Source: Octopus sinensis | Lineage: Eukaryota | Length of the DNA stretch: 64,000 nt | NCBI RefSeq assembly: GCF_006345805.1 | Contig: NC_042999.1 | Coordinates: 85,684,001 to 85,748,000, forward strand | Direction of reading: 5' to 3' | Part shown: positions 12,841 to 25,059 of the stretch, one piece after another | Numbering within the stretch: the first letter of the stretch is position 1 | Layout: the number at the start of each line of letters is the position of its first letter | Notes under the pieces: model-generated | Databases searched by the model: none | The model's input: only the letters and a program-made list of their open reading frames with translations | Told to the model about the DNA's origin: nothing | Translations under genes and position numbers: made by a program

Positions 12841-13396
12841 TAGAGAAAAAAATTGTTGATAAAAACTAGAATAATAATCATTCTACCCAAGCAATTAAAA
12901 TTTTGTTATTTCAGTAGATTAGCATTTAAACGAGTGTTATGGTCATACAAATAGTGTCATTTGTTTTCAATTTTCTGTGAAAACATTTCCGGTTACAGGG
13001 AAATATCACCTTACTTGGAGACAAGTGAAAATTTGTGATGGGAAGAGCATCTGGCTATAGAAAATTTGTCTCAATAAATTCTGTCTGACCCATAAAAGCT
13101 TGGAAAAGATGACGTTAAGACAATGATGATGAAATATTCTATCACCATAAAATGGTTAATTTGAACAAATTGTCAAAGCATGAATAGAACAGGAAAAAAA
13201 ATTGCTATATTAAAAAAAAAAAGGAGGTAATATTGCAAACTACAGAAATTATCATAATCAGTCTTTTAAATATAACAAAATTTAATTCATTTGAAAATAA
13301 TCCACCCGTTATATTTATTATTTTTCTCAAGTACTTAACTGTATATATAATAAGTATTGGGAAATATAAATAAAAGCAAAGACTAAGCATACTTAC

Positions 13397-13523
13397 AGTC
13401 TTTATAATCTGATCTTTGCTAAAACCAGCTTTTTCTGCCATGGCATAGTCATTGTGAAGACAGGTAGCAAAGACTGTGGGATCATCAGTGTTCAAAGAGA
13501 AATTAGCATCATCTTTTAAAAAC
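13397..13523 (-). CDS. ADA: ADA exon 8 (FLKDDANFSLNTDDP...QIIKT)
   Basis: ttttttaaag acceptor, gtaagt donor, 127 nt. SLNTDDP motif with the zinc-binding and substrate-binding aspartates. Confidence 0.97.
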
Positions 13524-13676
13524 CTTTAAAAAAGATAATTTTAATTTTGAGAATTCAAGAGATATTCTTGCAGAATACATTATGCTGGTTAAAAATAGGA
13601 TAAAAAGAAAAGGAAGTTAATAGCAACCAAAAGAGAAATTGTACATCAGTTTGAAGAAAAAGAGAAAACAGCTTAC

Positions 13677-13846
13677 GTAGTAACTGGATGATTTTGTATT
13701 TCTCCTAAGAATGCCTGTGTCCTGAAGCTTGAAACTAGGCAAGTCTCTAAGTGAATGTTATCATTCCTTATTTGTTTGTAAAGATGATCATCCTCAATAA
13801 CATGGTAACCATGGCCTACACGTTCAGCAAACATATCATCTACAGC
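13677..13846 (-). CDS. ADA: ADA exon 7 (AVDDMFAERVGHGYH...HLETCLVSS...NHPVT)
   Basis: ttttcttcctctag acceptor, gtaagc donor, 170 nt. ERVGHG motif. Confidence 0.95.
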
Positions 13847-13901
13847 CTAGAGGAAGAAAATGAAGTTTTAAAACTGATTAACCTTCATTTCAAATATAAG
13901 A

Positions 13902-14527
13902 AAGGAATTCAACGCCCATAAAGAAATATTACTGGATAAAGACCTCAATGTTACTAAATAATTTTTGTTACTTTTTAGGTAATAATTCTTCTTTATTTAA
14001 GCTTAAAATCAGCAATTTTGAGGGGAGGGGGAAAATTGGTTACATCAACCCCCAGCAACTGACTGATACTTTATTTTGTCAGCCCTAAAAGGATGAAAGA
14101 CAAAGCTGAACTCAGAATGTAAAGAGCCCAAAGAAATGCCACTCACAAATCTGTCAGCTTGTTACCTTACTTTTCAGGTAATAAGGTCTATTCTACAGCA
14201 ACGATATAAAATTGTACTAAATAGTTATTAACTTTGGTTTGTTGCAGTTGTGATACAACTTCCAGAGCCAATGCAAGCTAAAGCTTGGTTGTTTCTGATG
14301 TATTTTGGCATTCTATTATATCAGATTTAAAATGTGCATGATAGGGCTGACAAAATAAAGTATCAGTCAGTTGCTGGGGGTTGATGTAACCAATTTTTCC
14401 CCTCCCCTCAAAATTGCTGACTTTAAGCTTAAATAAAGAAGAATTATTACCTAAAAAGTAACAAAAATTATTTAGTAACATTGAGGTCTTTATCCAGTAA
14501 TATTTCTTTATGGGCGTTGAATTCCTT
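13902..14527. repeat. Inverted repeat: 186-bp arms (13902-14087 and 14342-14527), 254-bp spacer
   Basis: The arms are reverse complements with 2 mismatches by hand count. Confidence 0.95.
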
Positions 14528-15317
14528 GAATAGCTCCACAAAATCAATGCTTTCTTTGTCCTAGTTGTGTCATTATTTTTCTAATTATGAATGTAACAAT
14601 AGCTTTTATTTGTTTAAAAAGAAGAAAAAAAATCCTTTTTTGAGCCTAACACTTGCTTCTTTCCCAAATATTAAAAGAGAAAGCTGAAGATGAAGCATTT
14701 GGCAAAACAAGTTGGCAAACTAATTTAAATGATCATTTTCACTTCCTTATTTGAATTATATTATAAAACATGCATAGAGCATAATGAATTTGAAAATCAA
14801 AAGCATTTATTTTTTCAATGAGTTTGTTATCTTGTGTTTAAGTACCACAAAAATAAACTAAATAATTCTTATTTCAGCTATATACTTGTATTGAACCTCT
14901 TCTGATAAAGAGCAAACAATATTTATGGTGTGTCAGTGATGTGAACTTATGGATGAATTTGATCTACAGCCAAATTAATTTAATTGAACTCTCTATGAAT
15001 CAGAGGTTAGTATGCAGCTATATCAACAGGTGCACCAAATCGCAAACAGTTCTCATAGTGGCCATTACAACAACTAACACAGCTCAGTGGTGACACGTGT
15101 AACCCACATACTATGAAATAGTGGTTACAGACAGCCATCACATATAGATTAAAACAGTTTTTATCAATTTATTTAGAAAATATGAAAGTCAATGTAAAAT
15201 ATGCTAAGGGTCATAGTTTACTGAAAGGGTTCATAAAATATTGAGATAAATTAAAAATCAAAATTTTGAAGAAAAAAGAAAAAAAATTCTATTAAAATTT
15301 CAAAAGGAAAACTTTAC

Positions 15318-15389
15318 CTCTTTAACATTAGGAGGTCCTCCAATTTCTCCAGCATGTGCTGTACGATGAATTCCTAGCTTATGGGCTTC
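15318..15389 (-). CDS. ADA: ADA exon 6 (EAHKLGIHRTAHAGEIGGPPNVKE)
   Basis: ttttattcaag acceptor, gtaaag donor, 72 nt, phase 0-0. HAGE supplies a zinc His and the catalytic Glu. Confidence 0.97.
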
Positions 15390-15954
15390 CTTGAATAAAA
15401 AGTAAATAAGATCTTCATATATTGTGCCATATCTAGAAATGAAGTGCTTTTGTTTCAAAAGTATTTTATATTGCAGATTATGTTATTTTAATGAAATGAA
15501 ACTGTGCGTAGGTAAATAAAATACCTTTTAACTCAACTTAAATGAAATAGACATTCTCAATGCACAGTTGTCAATATTAAAATTAATCAACTTATTTGTT
15601 GTTTATTCAAAGCTTGTAAGATTTTATGTATAGTTCAGGATTGAGACAGATGCTATGCAATTTGATTTTCTTCAGGCAGACAAAGTTAAGCAAGAAATTT
15701 ACAGATTTTGCAAGTTATAAAACTGTAATGGCAGCCTGCTAAAAAGAGGATAAGTTCATGTGCTTTGAAGAGATATGAGGGAATTATGTTTTAGAAGATC
15801 ATCATTTAAAGAAAAAATGCAAAAAACAGATCAAGTATCAACTATTAATCTTATTTTCAATAGGATTAATAGACATGTATGCGTGTCTACAAATGACAAT
15901 AGAGAAATTTAATCCAGGATGAAAATATAAATAATATGAGAAATTATTACAAAC

Positions 15955-16073
15955 CTTGAAAACATCTCTAATTTCAGTTGGAGTGGGGAAGAACTCTGCA
16001 CCTGCCACATCTATTCCAACAACACCATCATTTTTAAACTCATTACACAGCTGAAGTACGTCTTTAGCAATTT
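15955..16073 (-). CDS. ADA: ADA exon 5 (IAKDVLQLC...GIDVAGAE...DVFK)
   Basis: ttgtag acceptor, gtttgt donor, 119 nt. Contains GVVGIDVAG (the DLAGDE motif region). Confidence 0.93.
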
Positions 16074-16529
16074 CTACAAATATTCCCATAGACACATGTA
16101 TGAGTGTGCATTCTTTGTATGTATGTGTATATATATATATATATGGATGTTCATGTACACACGGACACTTTATTAATATGATTGTTTTGAAACATTTCCC
16201 CACAAAGCTCTCTCAATAAAATCTCACTTATTTTGCAGTTCTTCAAGAGAGCACATTCAAAGCCAGTTCTGAACTTCCTTAAGATTTCCTCAAAGATATG
16301 TGTGACAGATAAATAAATGAATAAATAAAAAACCCAAAGAACATTAGTAAATTCTATCCCAGGGTCTCTTTCAAAATATTCTTTCAATTCTCTGGTGAAG
16401 TTATGGCTTCGAGTATGTTACACTGTTAGACTCCATTTACTCAACCAAATTACAAATATTAGTTTGAATATAGTTATGAAGCAGGCTTAGGTCATTTACA
16501 AAACTAATGCAAAAAACATCTGCTGACTT

Positions 16530-16916
16530 TGGCTGTGTGGTAAGTAGCTTGTTTACAAACCACATGGTTCCGCGTTCAGTCCCACTGCGTGGCACCATGG
16601 GCAAGTCTCTTCTACTATAGCCTTGGGCCGACCAAAGCCTTGTGGGTGGATTTGGTAGACAGAAACTGAAAGAAGCCTGTCGTATATATGTGCGTGTATA
16701 TATGTGTGTGTGTCTGTGCATGTTTGTGTATCTGTGTTTGTCCCCCCGACATTGCTTGACAACCGATGCTGGTGTGTTTGCGTCCCCGTAACTTGGCGGT
16801 TCGGCGGAGGAGACCGATAGAATAAGTACTAGGCATACAAGACTAAAAAATAAGACTAAAGGTGGTGCTCCAGCATGGCCAGTCAAATGACTGAAACAAG
16901 TAAAAGAGTAAAGAGA
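16530..16916 (+). mobile_element. SINE family A, full length
   Basis: A-box-like TGGCTGTGTGGTAAG, B-box-like GGTTCCGCGTTCAGTCCC, internal (TG)n, tail aagtaaaagagtaaaga. Confidence 0.9.
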
Positions 16917-17650
16917 AAGTATACTAAACAAAGAAATATACCTTAATTCAAAGGATAGTATACAATGAGGCTAGATTGGTAGCTTACAATCATAGACTAT
17001 ACAATCAAAGAGACATTATTGCTTTGTCCTACCAGTAAAGCTTTCATGTGCAAAAGAAACATTTCTATTGCTAGCTGAAACTCAGAGGAAGACAAGGGCA
17101 AAGTAGAAGTGAGAAATCGAGAGACAAACTACTACTTGGGTCATGTTTTCTAAAAAACCCTAGAATATATTCTAATAAATTAAACCAACATATTTCAGAT
17201 TAAAGCAGTAACAATAAGCATCTAATTGTCAATCAAACCACAAGCTTGATATGACCCTGAATTTACTTTATGTCATAGTGTAAATTGCACCTACAATTAA
17301 ATTGCCTAATTATTTTTTAGCATTAAAACCTAACCTTACTTAAATATCCAATAAAATTATTAGTAAACTCAAACAGTAAATCCTTTCTATTACTTATTTT
17401 GCCAAATCTTACAACCTGTACTGCAATATTCACAAATTCAAAATTAAACTCAAAACTTGCCAGTCTTCATGTATAAGTAACTCTTCATAAGTAACTCTAC
17501 AAACCTTAACTGAAACATTCAGATAATCTTATTAGCATCCTTACTACTTCTGCTAGCCTCCAAATCTTTCAGGTAAACTTTATAAAATAAACATTAAAAA
17601 AACCTATTATTTACATTAGATGGATATTTGTCCTCATCTTGTTTGTTGTT

Positions 17651-17696
17651 AACACAACGTTTTGGCTGATATACTCTCCAACCTTCTTCAGGTGTC
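17651..17696 (-). ncRNA. Type I minimal hammerhead ribozyme motif with G12A core change
   Basis: gacac-CUGAAGA-aggttg...cagcc-AAAA-cgtt-gtgtt: stem I GACAC/GUGUU, stem II, palindromic AACGUU stem III. The core GAAA reads AAAA. Confidence 0.7.
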
Positions 17697-17776
17697 TTGG
17701 GGAAATTTCGAACCTGGGTTCTCATTCCTAAGGTATTTTTCGATGTTATTAGTATTATTCCACCCACTTCACAGAA

Positions 17777-18960
17777 TTGATCAAGGATACTCCCACTGAA
17801 TCCAACCAGATGGTGAGTCTAGATGTGATAAGCCTGTTCACCGAAGTCCCAACTGGTGAAGCACTATCAATGATACAAGAAAAACTAGTGACAGACACCC
17901 ATCTAAAAGAACGCACTAGTATATCAATAAGAAACTTGATGGAAATGTTGACCTTCTGTGTAGAGACTACCTACATCAGTATGGACACTGATACATATTG
18001 ACAAGAGGAGGGTTTAGTTATGGGTTTGCCATTATCACCAGTAATAGCCAATATATACATGGAATACTTTGAGAATTTGGCTCTAGGATCAACACCGCTA
18101 AAACCAACACTATGGCTACGATATTTTGATGACACCTTTATACTCTGGCCCCACCAGGAAGATGTCCAAGTGCTGTTAGATCATGTGAACTCAATAAAGC
18201 CATCCATACAGTTCACAATGGAAAAGGAAAAAGACAATAACATGCACCAAGTATGGATTCAGGACATCTGGATACCGCAAGCCGAATTTACTGGAAGATA
18301 CCTCAACTTCAATTCCCACCATCCATACAGTGTAAAGAGAGGGATTGCTCAGTGCCTAAAACATCATACAAAGAATATAAGTAGCGATCATGATACACAC
18401 CACGAAGAAATGATGAAGCTCAATAATGACCTGTTATGCAACAACTAACCCAAAAGTATGCTATACACTCCAATTATGAAGAAGAGAAAGGATGAGGCCA
18501 ATAAACTGTCCACAGTCTGTCTACCCTATGTGAAAGGCTTCTCTGAAAAGATACAAAAGATATGCGGCCCATATGACATCAGGACAGTATTCAAGAGTAA
18601 TACAACACTTCGCAAATATCTCCTTCGAGTAAAACCACCAATAGAAGAGAATATGACCAAAGACTGTGTGTACTCCATCCCATGCAGCTGTGGTAGGTTA
18701 TACAAAGGCGAAACATGCCGCCTCCTCAAAATAAGGATAGAGGAACATCACAAAGCTGTGACACAAGGAGATATTGATAAATCAGGTATAGCTGATCATG
18801 TATGGAAAAATGGAGACCCCCACTGTGGGATGATGTTAAAATAATAGACAGAGAACATCACTGGAAAATATGAAAACTAAAAGAAGCAGCACATATGCTA
18901 GGACACAACAACCTCCTAAGCAGACCAAGTGCAGATATGAGCAGCATATGGGAACTCGTA
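17777..18960 (+). pseudogene. Disrupted PLE reverse transcriptase + GIY-YIG ORF
   Basis: Three consecutive ORF-track pieces (17777, 18020, 18458) broken by stops and frameshifts. Confidence 0.9.
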
Positions 18961-19023
18961 TTAAGGAAGGATAGAAAAATATTAGATTTATAAGCCCTAA
19001 AATTCACTCCATACTTGCCCACA

Positions 19024-19092
19024 GGCATATGGTGTAGTGGTTAAGAGTGTGGGCTACTAACCCCAAGATTCCGAGTTCGATTCCAAGCAGTG
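19024..19092 (+). mobile_element. tRNA-like head (A and B boxes) upstream of the hammerhead-bearing repeat
   Basis: TGGTGTAGTGGTTAAG and GAGTTCGATTCC with tRNA-like spacing. The stems are imperfect, so it is not a functional tRNA. Confidence 0.7.
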
Positions 19093-19166
19093 ACCTGAAC
19101 AATAACAATAATAATAACATCGAAAAATACCTTAGGAATGAGAACCCAGGTTTGAAATTTCCCCAA

Positions 19167-19209
19167 GACACCTGAAGAAGGCTGGAGAGTATATCAGCCA
19201 AAATGTGTT
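19167..19209 (+). ncRNA. Hammerhead ribozyme motif, degenerate (G12A and 3-nt stem III deletion)
   Basis: gacac-CTGAAGA-aggctg-gagagtatat-cagcc-AAAA-tgtgtt. Confidence 0.6.
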
Positions 19210-19558
19210 AACAAACAAGATGAGGACAAATATCCATCAAATGTAAATAATATACATAATTCCTCATCTCTTAAATATAGAACTGTATTAATAAACCTAT
19301 AATCTGGACCAAAAATACCATCTATGTATCTACAAATGCCACTTAGCTGCCTAAGTAAACATAACTTTTTTCCTTTTTCATAAATCACTAAAGAAACTGA
19401 ATTCATAAGATGTTAAGAATAAGTCAGCTAATAAAGAATTTCAACTGCTCCTATCACCTAAGAGTGCCTCTAATTTGCCTTAACATTTTACTCTCAAATG
19501 AAACGTATACATTAACTCATTGTAATTTATACAAGACATAAAGTTCTCTTATATTTAA

Positions 19559-19776
19559 CTTTTTAGCATTTAAACTGGCCATATCCAGCCTAAATATTTT
19601 ACCTGTTTTATCCTGAAACTGACCAAATGTGACCTCTTACACCTGCCCTACAATGTCATTCTAAAAATAAGTGATCACATCATCAAAATCTTGAAGCTAC
19701 AAGATAATACATGATTAATGTAAAACAATGTGAATAAATAAACAACATTTGATGAAGTAATCAGAATGCTAAAGGA
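19559..19776. mobile_element. piggyBac-type MITE, diverged copy
   Basis: TTAA on both sides; ends CTTTTTAGCATT / AATGCTAAAGGA. Confidence 0.8.
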
Positions 19777-21037
19777 TTAATTATATACATGCCATACACT
19801 AGATCTATTAGATGGTGACTCCATACACTAGATATATTCAAATATTCCCCTGCCTCAACCAGTTTTAAATCTAAATCAGTATATCATCAACTCCATTTAA
19901 TGTCCGATCGCCATGCTGGCATGGGTTGGACGGTTGGACATGGAGCTAGCTAGCAGGGAACAGACCAGACTCCAACTGTCTGTGGCAGCATAGTTTCCGT
20001 GGCTGGATGCTTTTCCTAATGCCAAGAATACAGTATAGAAAATCATTGGGTGAATTATCCTCACATGCCTATTTTTTTTTTCTTTTTCAAAATTTCCATT
20101 GCTCTTCAATAAACTAACTCTAGAACTTTGGCAAATAGCTGAAGGATATCTAACAAAAACTGCTCTAATCACACTAAACATTTCATTAACTAAAATCACT
20201 ATTTGTCTCTTCATACTTTACTTTGCTTTGCTCCAGATATTATAAATCTAGTTTTATGAGGTGTCTTGCGTAACTTAGGTTTCCAAAAATGTGTAAGAAT
20301 GCAATAATTCTTCTCCACAGTGACCAGTTAAAATTTATAAATCACACAATGATTTAGCAATTTAAATTTTAAATCTCAGCTATACAGCAAATTCATAAGT
20401 GACATTATACAAAATACATAACATGTGTGTATGTGTGATGGGTGCATGCATGTGTGATGGGTGCAGGAATTGCTGAGTAGTTAAGAAGTTCACTTGGTCT
20501 TATACTTGAGCCAAAAAAAGCTTTGTAAGGCAGAAACTGAAACAAAGTAACCTGTCATGCTTATGTGTGTTCATATATCTCCTTGTCATGAGATATTGCA
20601 TGATAGTTGTAAATGAGCATCACTGTCAAACAAGTGGTGCATTTGGTTTCAATCTTCTATTGAAACATGTCTGGCCACAGGGAAATATTACCTTACTTGG
20701 AAACAGGTGAGAGCTGGCAAATCAATTGTAGAAAATGTGCCTCAACAAATTCTGTCAAGCATGGAAAAGTTCACAATAAAATGATATAGGGCAGGCGTGG
20801 GGGGGGGGGGGACAAGTTAAAACTCAACTATTAAACTATCAAATGTTTATGTCATTGAGTGTCCCATTGTAAAGCTTATTCAGAGTAATCTTAATATTTT
20901 GTAGCTGAAAATTGAAATCTAAAGAAATACTTTAAGGTAAAAGGAACATCTTAGATATTCATAATGTAACAAGTAGTGAATATCATAAAAATGAAAGAAG
21001 CATTCAACACATTTGATAGGCATTTCATATATTATTA

Positions 21038-21560
21038 TTGGATTGTCTGGAAAGTTCATGCCGATTTTTAAAGGAAAGAAAAAGGTCAGTAAATACTTGC
21101 CATTACATTTTTAATCAACCATTTTGTTGCACAATGCATCTCCATCTTTCCTTTAACTTGAAAATACCCTCATCCCAGAATTGAGGTGGTTTCATGGCAA
21201 AGAATTCATCAAGGTATCTTTTTATGTCATCCAAGCAATTGAAATTTTTACCATTAAGACTATTCTGAAGAGACCTGAATAAGTGGAAATCCAAAGGAGC
21301 AATATCTGGTGAATATGGAGGGTGGGGTAACACATCCCAGCTGAGCCGCAGCAATTTTTGTCTGGTTCCCAAAGCATCAAGTGCTGAAAGTGAACTTTCT
21401 TATTAAAGGGTTACAGAATTAACACAGGTTATAGGAACATAAACCTTCTTCCATGAAAAGATAGGTGTAGTCAAATCCTATTTTATGGACTCAACCATGT
21501 TCTAAAATAAGTTAAAAGGTAAGCTACTATAAATCGGCACAAACTTTCCAGACAACCCAA
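21038..21560 (-). mobile_element. Mariner deletion derivative, 523 bp
   Basis: ~26-bp TIRs (ttggattgtctggaaagttcatgccg / cggcacaaactttccagacaacccaa), TA TSDs, and C-terminal transposase relic PHPPYSPDIAPLDFHLF. Confidence 0.92.
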
Positions 21561-21657
21561 TATTTATTAATAACAATCTTGATTCAGCTTCATGCAACCT
21601 AAAGTTTCATAGGTTCATCATCCAAACTCCAAAAAGAAATTTGTAAATTGTACTTAC

Positions 21658-21881
21658 TAGGTATGTTTCTCATACAACACAAGATAGCCTTAATTATTAT
21701 TTTATGTTCTGCACAGCTTGTTTTTAATGCATCTAAAACAATTTTCACAACATCTCTTGCAGATAAGTTTTCATCTGCAAGAATATGAGGGGCAAACCGT
21801 ACTTCTGCATAGTAAATATTTTGTTTAGCACTATCTTCACAAAAATCTTTTGCTATTTGTGCAATAGCTTGTTTGTCACCT
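21658..21881 (-). CDS. ADA: ADA exon 4 (GDKQAIAQIAKDFCED...EVRFAPH...ILCCMRNIP)
   Basis: ttttcag acceptor, gtaagt donor, 224 nt open frame. Motifs EVRFAPH (RYSPH-like) and ILCCMR. Confidence 0.95.
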
Positions 21882-22112
21882 CTGAAAAAGAAATAAAAAA
21901 TAGATGTTATGACAAAGCTTATTTAAAGTTCTGTAGCAAATCTTTATCGCTCTTTATTTCTGTTAACTGTTTCATGATGTTTCACAAATATTTTTCAATG
22001 AAAACATAATAAATCCACTGGTGCCTTATCCCTTTTTCATAAACATGGTACTCAAGTTAAAACAATCAGTGCAAAATTATTTAATAAATTATACCAAGAA
22101 ATATGTTCTTAC

Positions 22113-22235
22113 TTTATAATTGGCAGGAAGTAACCAAATATATCCAACATGGCTCCTAAACCTTCATTTTTACTCTCTGTAACCCTCTCTCTTAACTCTT
22201 CTACTGTTTTCTCTTTCAGTTCTATGTTCCTTCGC
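22113..22235 (-). CDS. ADA: ADA exon 3 (RRNIELKEKTVEEL...FGYFLPII/K)
   Basis: attag acceptor, gtaag donor, 123 nt, phase 2-2. Aligns by eye to the RRGIALPANTAEGL...FDYYMPAIA segment of ADA. Confidence 0.92.
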
Positions 22236-22720
22236 CTAATGAATAAAAGAAAAATATTATAAATTAAAATTTGTAATAATTTACAAAACATGGTATTTAT
22301 TTTTGTGACAACTAATTTTTTCAATTTTGTGATGTTAACAAGATTTTGAAAGTGTATTTCTATATTATAAAATTTTCTGGTCACTCAGTATGTTCGCTTT
22401 TAACATGTTAGTACTAATAGACCAGCATTTAGACTGATTTCAAAGAAACAAATTATCCTATTTCTTCTCTAATACTGTTGGTCATTGACACAGCTTCTCC
22501 TTAAACACAAAAATGGAATTTATCCCACTAGTATATCTATATACATATAGATGCAGGCATAGCTGTGTGGTTGAAAAGCTTTCTTCCCAACAGTGTCTCT
22601 CAGGTTCAGTGGGTTCTGTCCCAATGTGTAGCAATATAGGCAAGTGTCTTCTACAAAAGCCCTGGACAACCAAAGCCTTGCAAGTGAATTTAGTAGATGG
22701 AAACAAAGAAGCTTATTGTA

Positions 22721-22756
<36 letters not shown>

Positions 22757-23759
22757 CCTGTCTTGACATAATATGATGGTTGTCAATTACCATCACTGTC
22801 ATAAAGCAATGTTGTATATGTGTGTGTATCACTGTTGTACAAGCGATGTTGTTAATTTTCAATCTATGAAAAACACACCTGGCCACAGGGAAATATTACT
22901 TTGGTTGGCAATAGATGTGGGCTGGTGACAGGAAGGGCATCTGGCAGTAGAAAAATCTGCCTCAACAAATTCTGTCTGACCCATGCAATCATGGAAATGT
23001 GGATGCTAAATGATGATGATGTGCACTCACAGACACTGACCTCTCCTACTTTCAGCATTCAGATATTCCTGTGTGTATCACCTCCAAACATTACACGAAA
23101 CTCTTCATCCCCAAAACAGCAACACTCTGCAGTTCCCTCCCACCACGTTTTCTACACAAATATAAATCTACAGAAATTAAAACTGAACATCAACTATATC
23201 AACTTTACTAGCTCAGAAAAACCTGTGAACAGAATAATACTGTCCCATCTTTACACATATGGATATACTTAAAAATGCCTATCTTTGAAAAAAAGAAAAG
23301 AAAAACACATGCTTATAAGTAGGCAGGCCAATCAAAGCCTTGTGAGTGGATGGAAGCTGAAAAAAGGCCAATGTATAAATGCATATTTATGTGTGTGTGT
23401 CTTTGTGTTAGTGTTTCTCCCTACCACTACTTACTTGACAACTGGTGTTGATGTGTTTATGTCCCCATAACTTAGCAGTTTGGCAAAAGAGACTAATAGA
23501 ATAAGTATTAGGCTTAAGAAAAAGTATTGGGATCGATTCATTTGACCAAAATTCAAGGTGGTGCACCAGCATGGCCACAGTAACGACTGAAACAAGTAAA
23601 AAAAATGCTCACACCATTTCTTTCTAGCTTTTACACATCCTCTGTACTCATGCCCATGTCTCACACTTCATATCAAACATCATACAATCAACAATTTGCT
23701 TGAAGAGAAAATCTTTGTTACCAGCAGAGATGATAGCTCTGAATTTCTTCCACTTCATA

Positions 23760-25030
23760 CAAGGTGTTCAGGCTAAATTTGACAGTTTGCATAAAGGGAA
23801 GAGAAAACACAATATCCCACTCAAAAATCAATATCAACTAGATTATGGCTGGGGGATAATAGTTTACTCAAAGTAGCCACCCTTAAACTTCCACCATGAG
23901 CTCCTCAAGACGGTTCTGGAACCTGGCACATGCATTCCTCACAGAGTCCCTGAGAAGATCTTTGAACACCTCCTTTATCTTGGCCACCAGCTCAGCCTTG
24001 GTGCTGCAGGCAGAATAGTTGATGTCTTTTACAACCATGCTCCACACATTGTAATCCATGGGAGAAGTCATCATCATCATCGTTTAATATCCGCTTTTCT
24101 AGCCAACATGAGTTGGACGATTTGACTGAGGACTGGTGAACCAGATGGCTGCACCAGGCTCCAATCTGATCTTGCAGAGTTTCTACAGCTTGATGCCCTT
24201 CATAATGCCAACCAACCACTCCGAGAGTGTAGTGGGTGCTTTTATGTGCCACAGTCATGAGGGCCAGTCAGGCGGTACTGGTAACGGCCATGCTCAAATG
24301 GTGTTTTTTACATGCCACCTGCACAGGAGCCAGTCCAGCAGCACTGGCAATGACTTCACTTGAATGTTTTTTCATATGCCAGTAAGGCGATGCTAGTAAT
24401 GATCATGATCGAATGGTACTTTTTACATGCCACCGGCACGGAAGCCAGTTAGCTGCTCTGGCAACGATCACACTCGAATGGTGTTCTTAGCGCTCCACTA
24501 GCACAGATGCCAGTCATCGAATTTGATTTCAATTTCACTTGTCTCAACAGGTCTTCGCAAGCAGAGTTTAGTGTCCAATGAAGGAAAGTACGCATAAGTG
24601 GGCTGGCATAGGCCACAAGGTTATGGTCAGTCATAGAAAATTCTCTGATAATCAATTCTGACTATTTCCAGAGTTATGGTAAGGAGTCAAATCCTGCAGC
24701 CACACATGGCCTTCCAGTAACAACCCTCTCCAGCAGCTTCACAGCCACCTAAATAGAGCCCTATTTAAATACGTGGAGATGAATTCTGGCATACAGTGTC
24801 CCTTCCTGCTGGCCATGGCCTTGTAACCCTTATTGCAGCTGTCCATGTTTTATAGCCTTTACAGCATTCACAAAGCATTGAGCAGCAGTCACGATGTCAA
24901 CATAAATGATATTTTATGCTGGGTAATTCTTTTCCAATATTCAGACGGCTTCTAGTCCCCCATGTCAACGTTTTCTCAACTACAGCTTTAATTTTTATGC
25001 TCTCCAATGCTGTTAACTTTTAAATACGTG
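23760..25030 (-). mobile_element. Tc1/mariner (maT-like) relic interrupted by an RTE fragment
   Basis: Left TIR caaggtgttcaggctaaatttg after TA; peptide MDYNVW...ACARFQNRLE. Homologous to 42541-43408; right end uncertain. Confidence 0.75.
24072..24628 (-). mobile_element. RTE 3' fragment nested in the maT-like relic
   Basis: (CAT)n tail on the plus strand; agtcat repeated at 24066-24071 and 24629-24634 (candidate TSD). Confidence 0.85.
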
Positions 25031-25059
25031 TTCCTGAGAAAAGGAGACAAGAAAAAAAA

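Larger units (their letters stand above)
17605..19287 (+). mobile_element. 5'-truncated Penelope-like retroelement with inverted pseudo-LTR
   Basis: RT motifs SLDVISLFTEVP, MGLPLSPVIANIYME, WLRYFDD, YLNFNSHHP; GIY-YIG-type VYSIPCSCGRLYKGET. Terminal repeat copies at 17605-17757 (inverted) and 19103-19252. Confidence 0.93.

Noticed and set aside
13744-13749. Separate exon starting at TCLVSS, as in vertebrate exon 9
   Set aside because: The frame is continuous from 13846, so no intron is needed.
19024-19092. Possible tRNA-Ser(ACT)
   Set aside because: The acceptor and T stems are broken and it is embedded in a retroelement repeat.
21774-21780. Acceptor-like ttgcag before DENLSAR
   Set aside because: It lies within the continuous 224-nt exon 4 frame.
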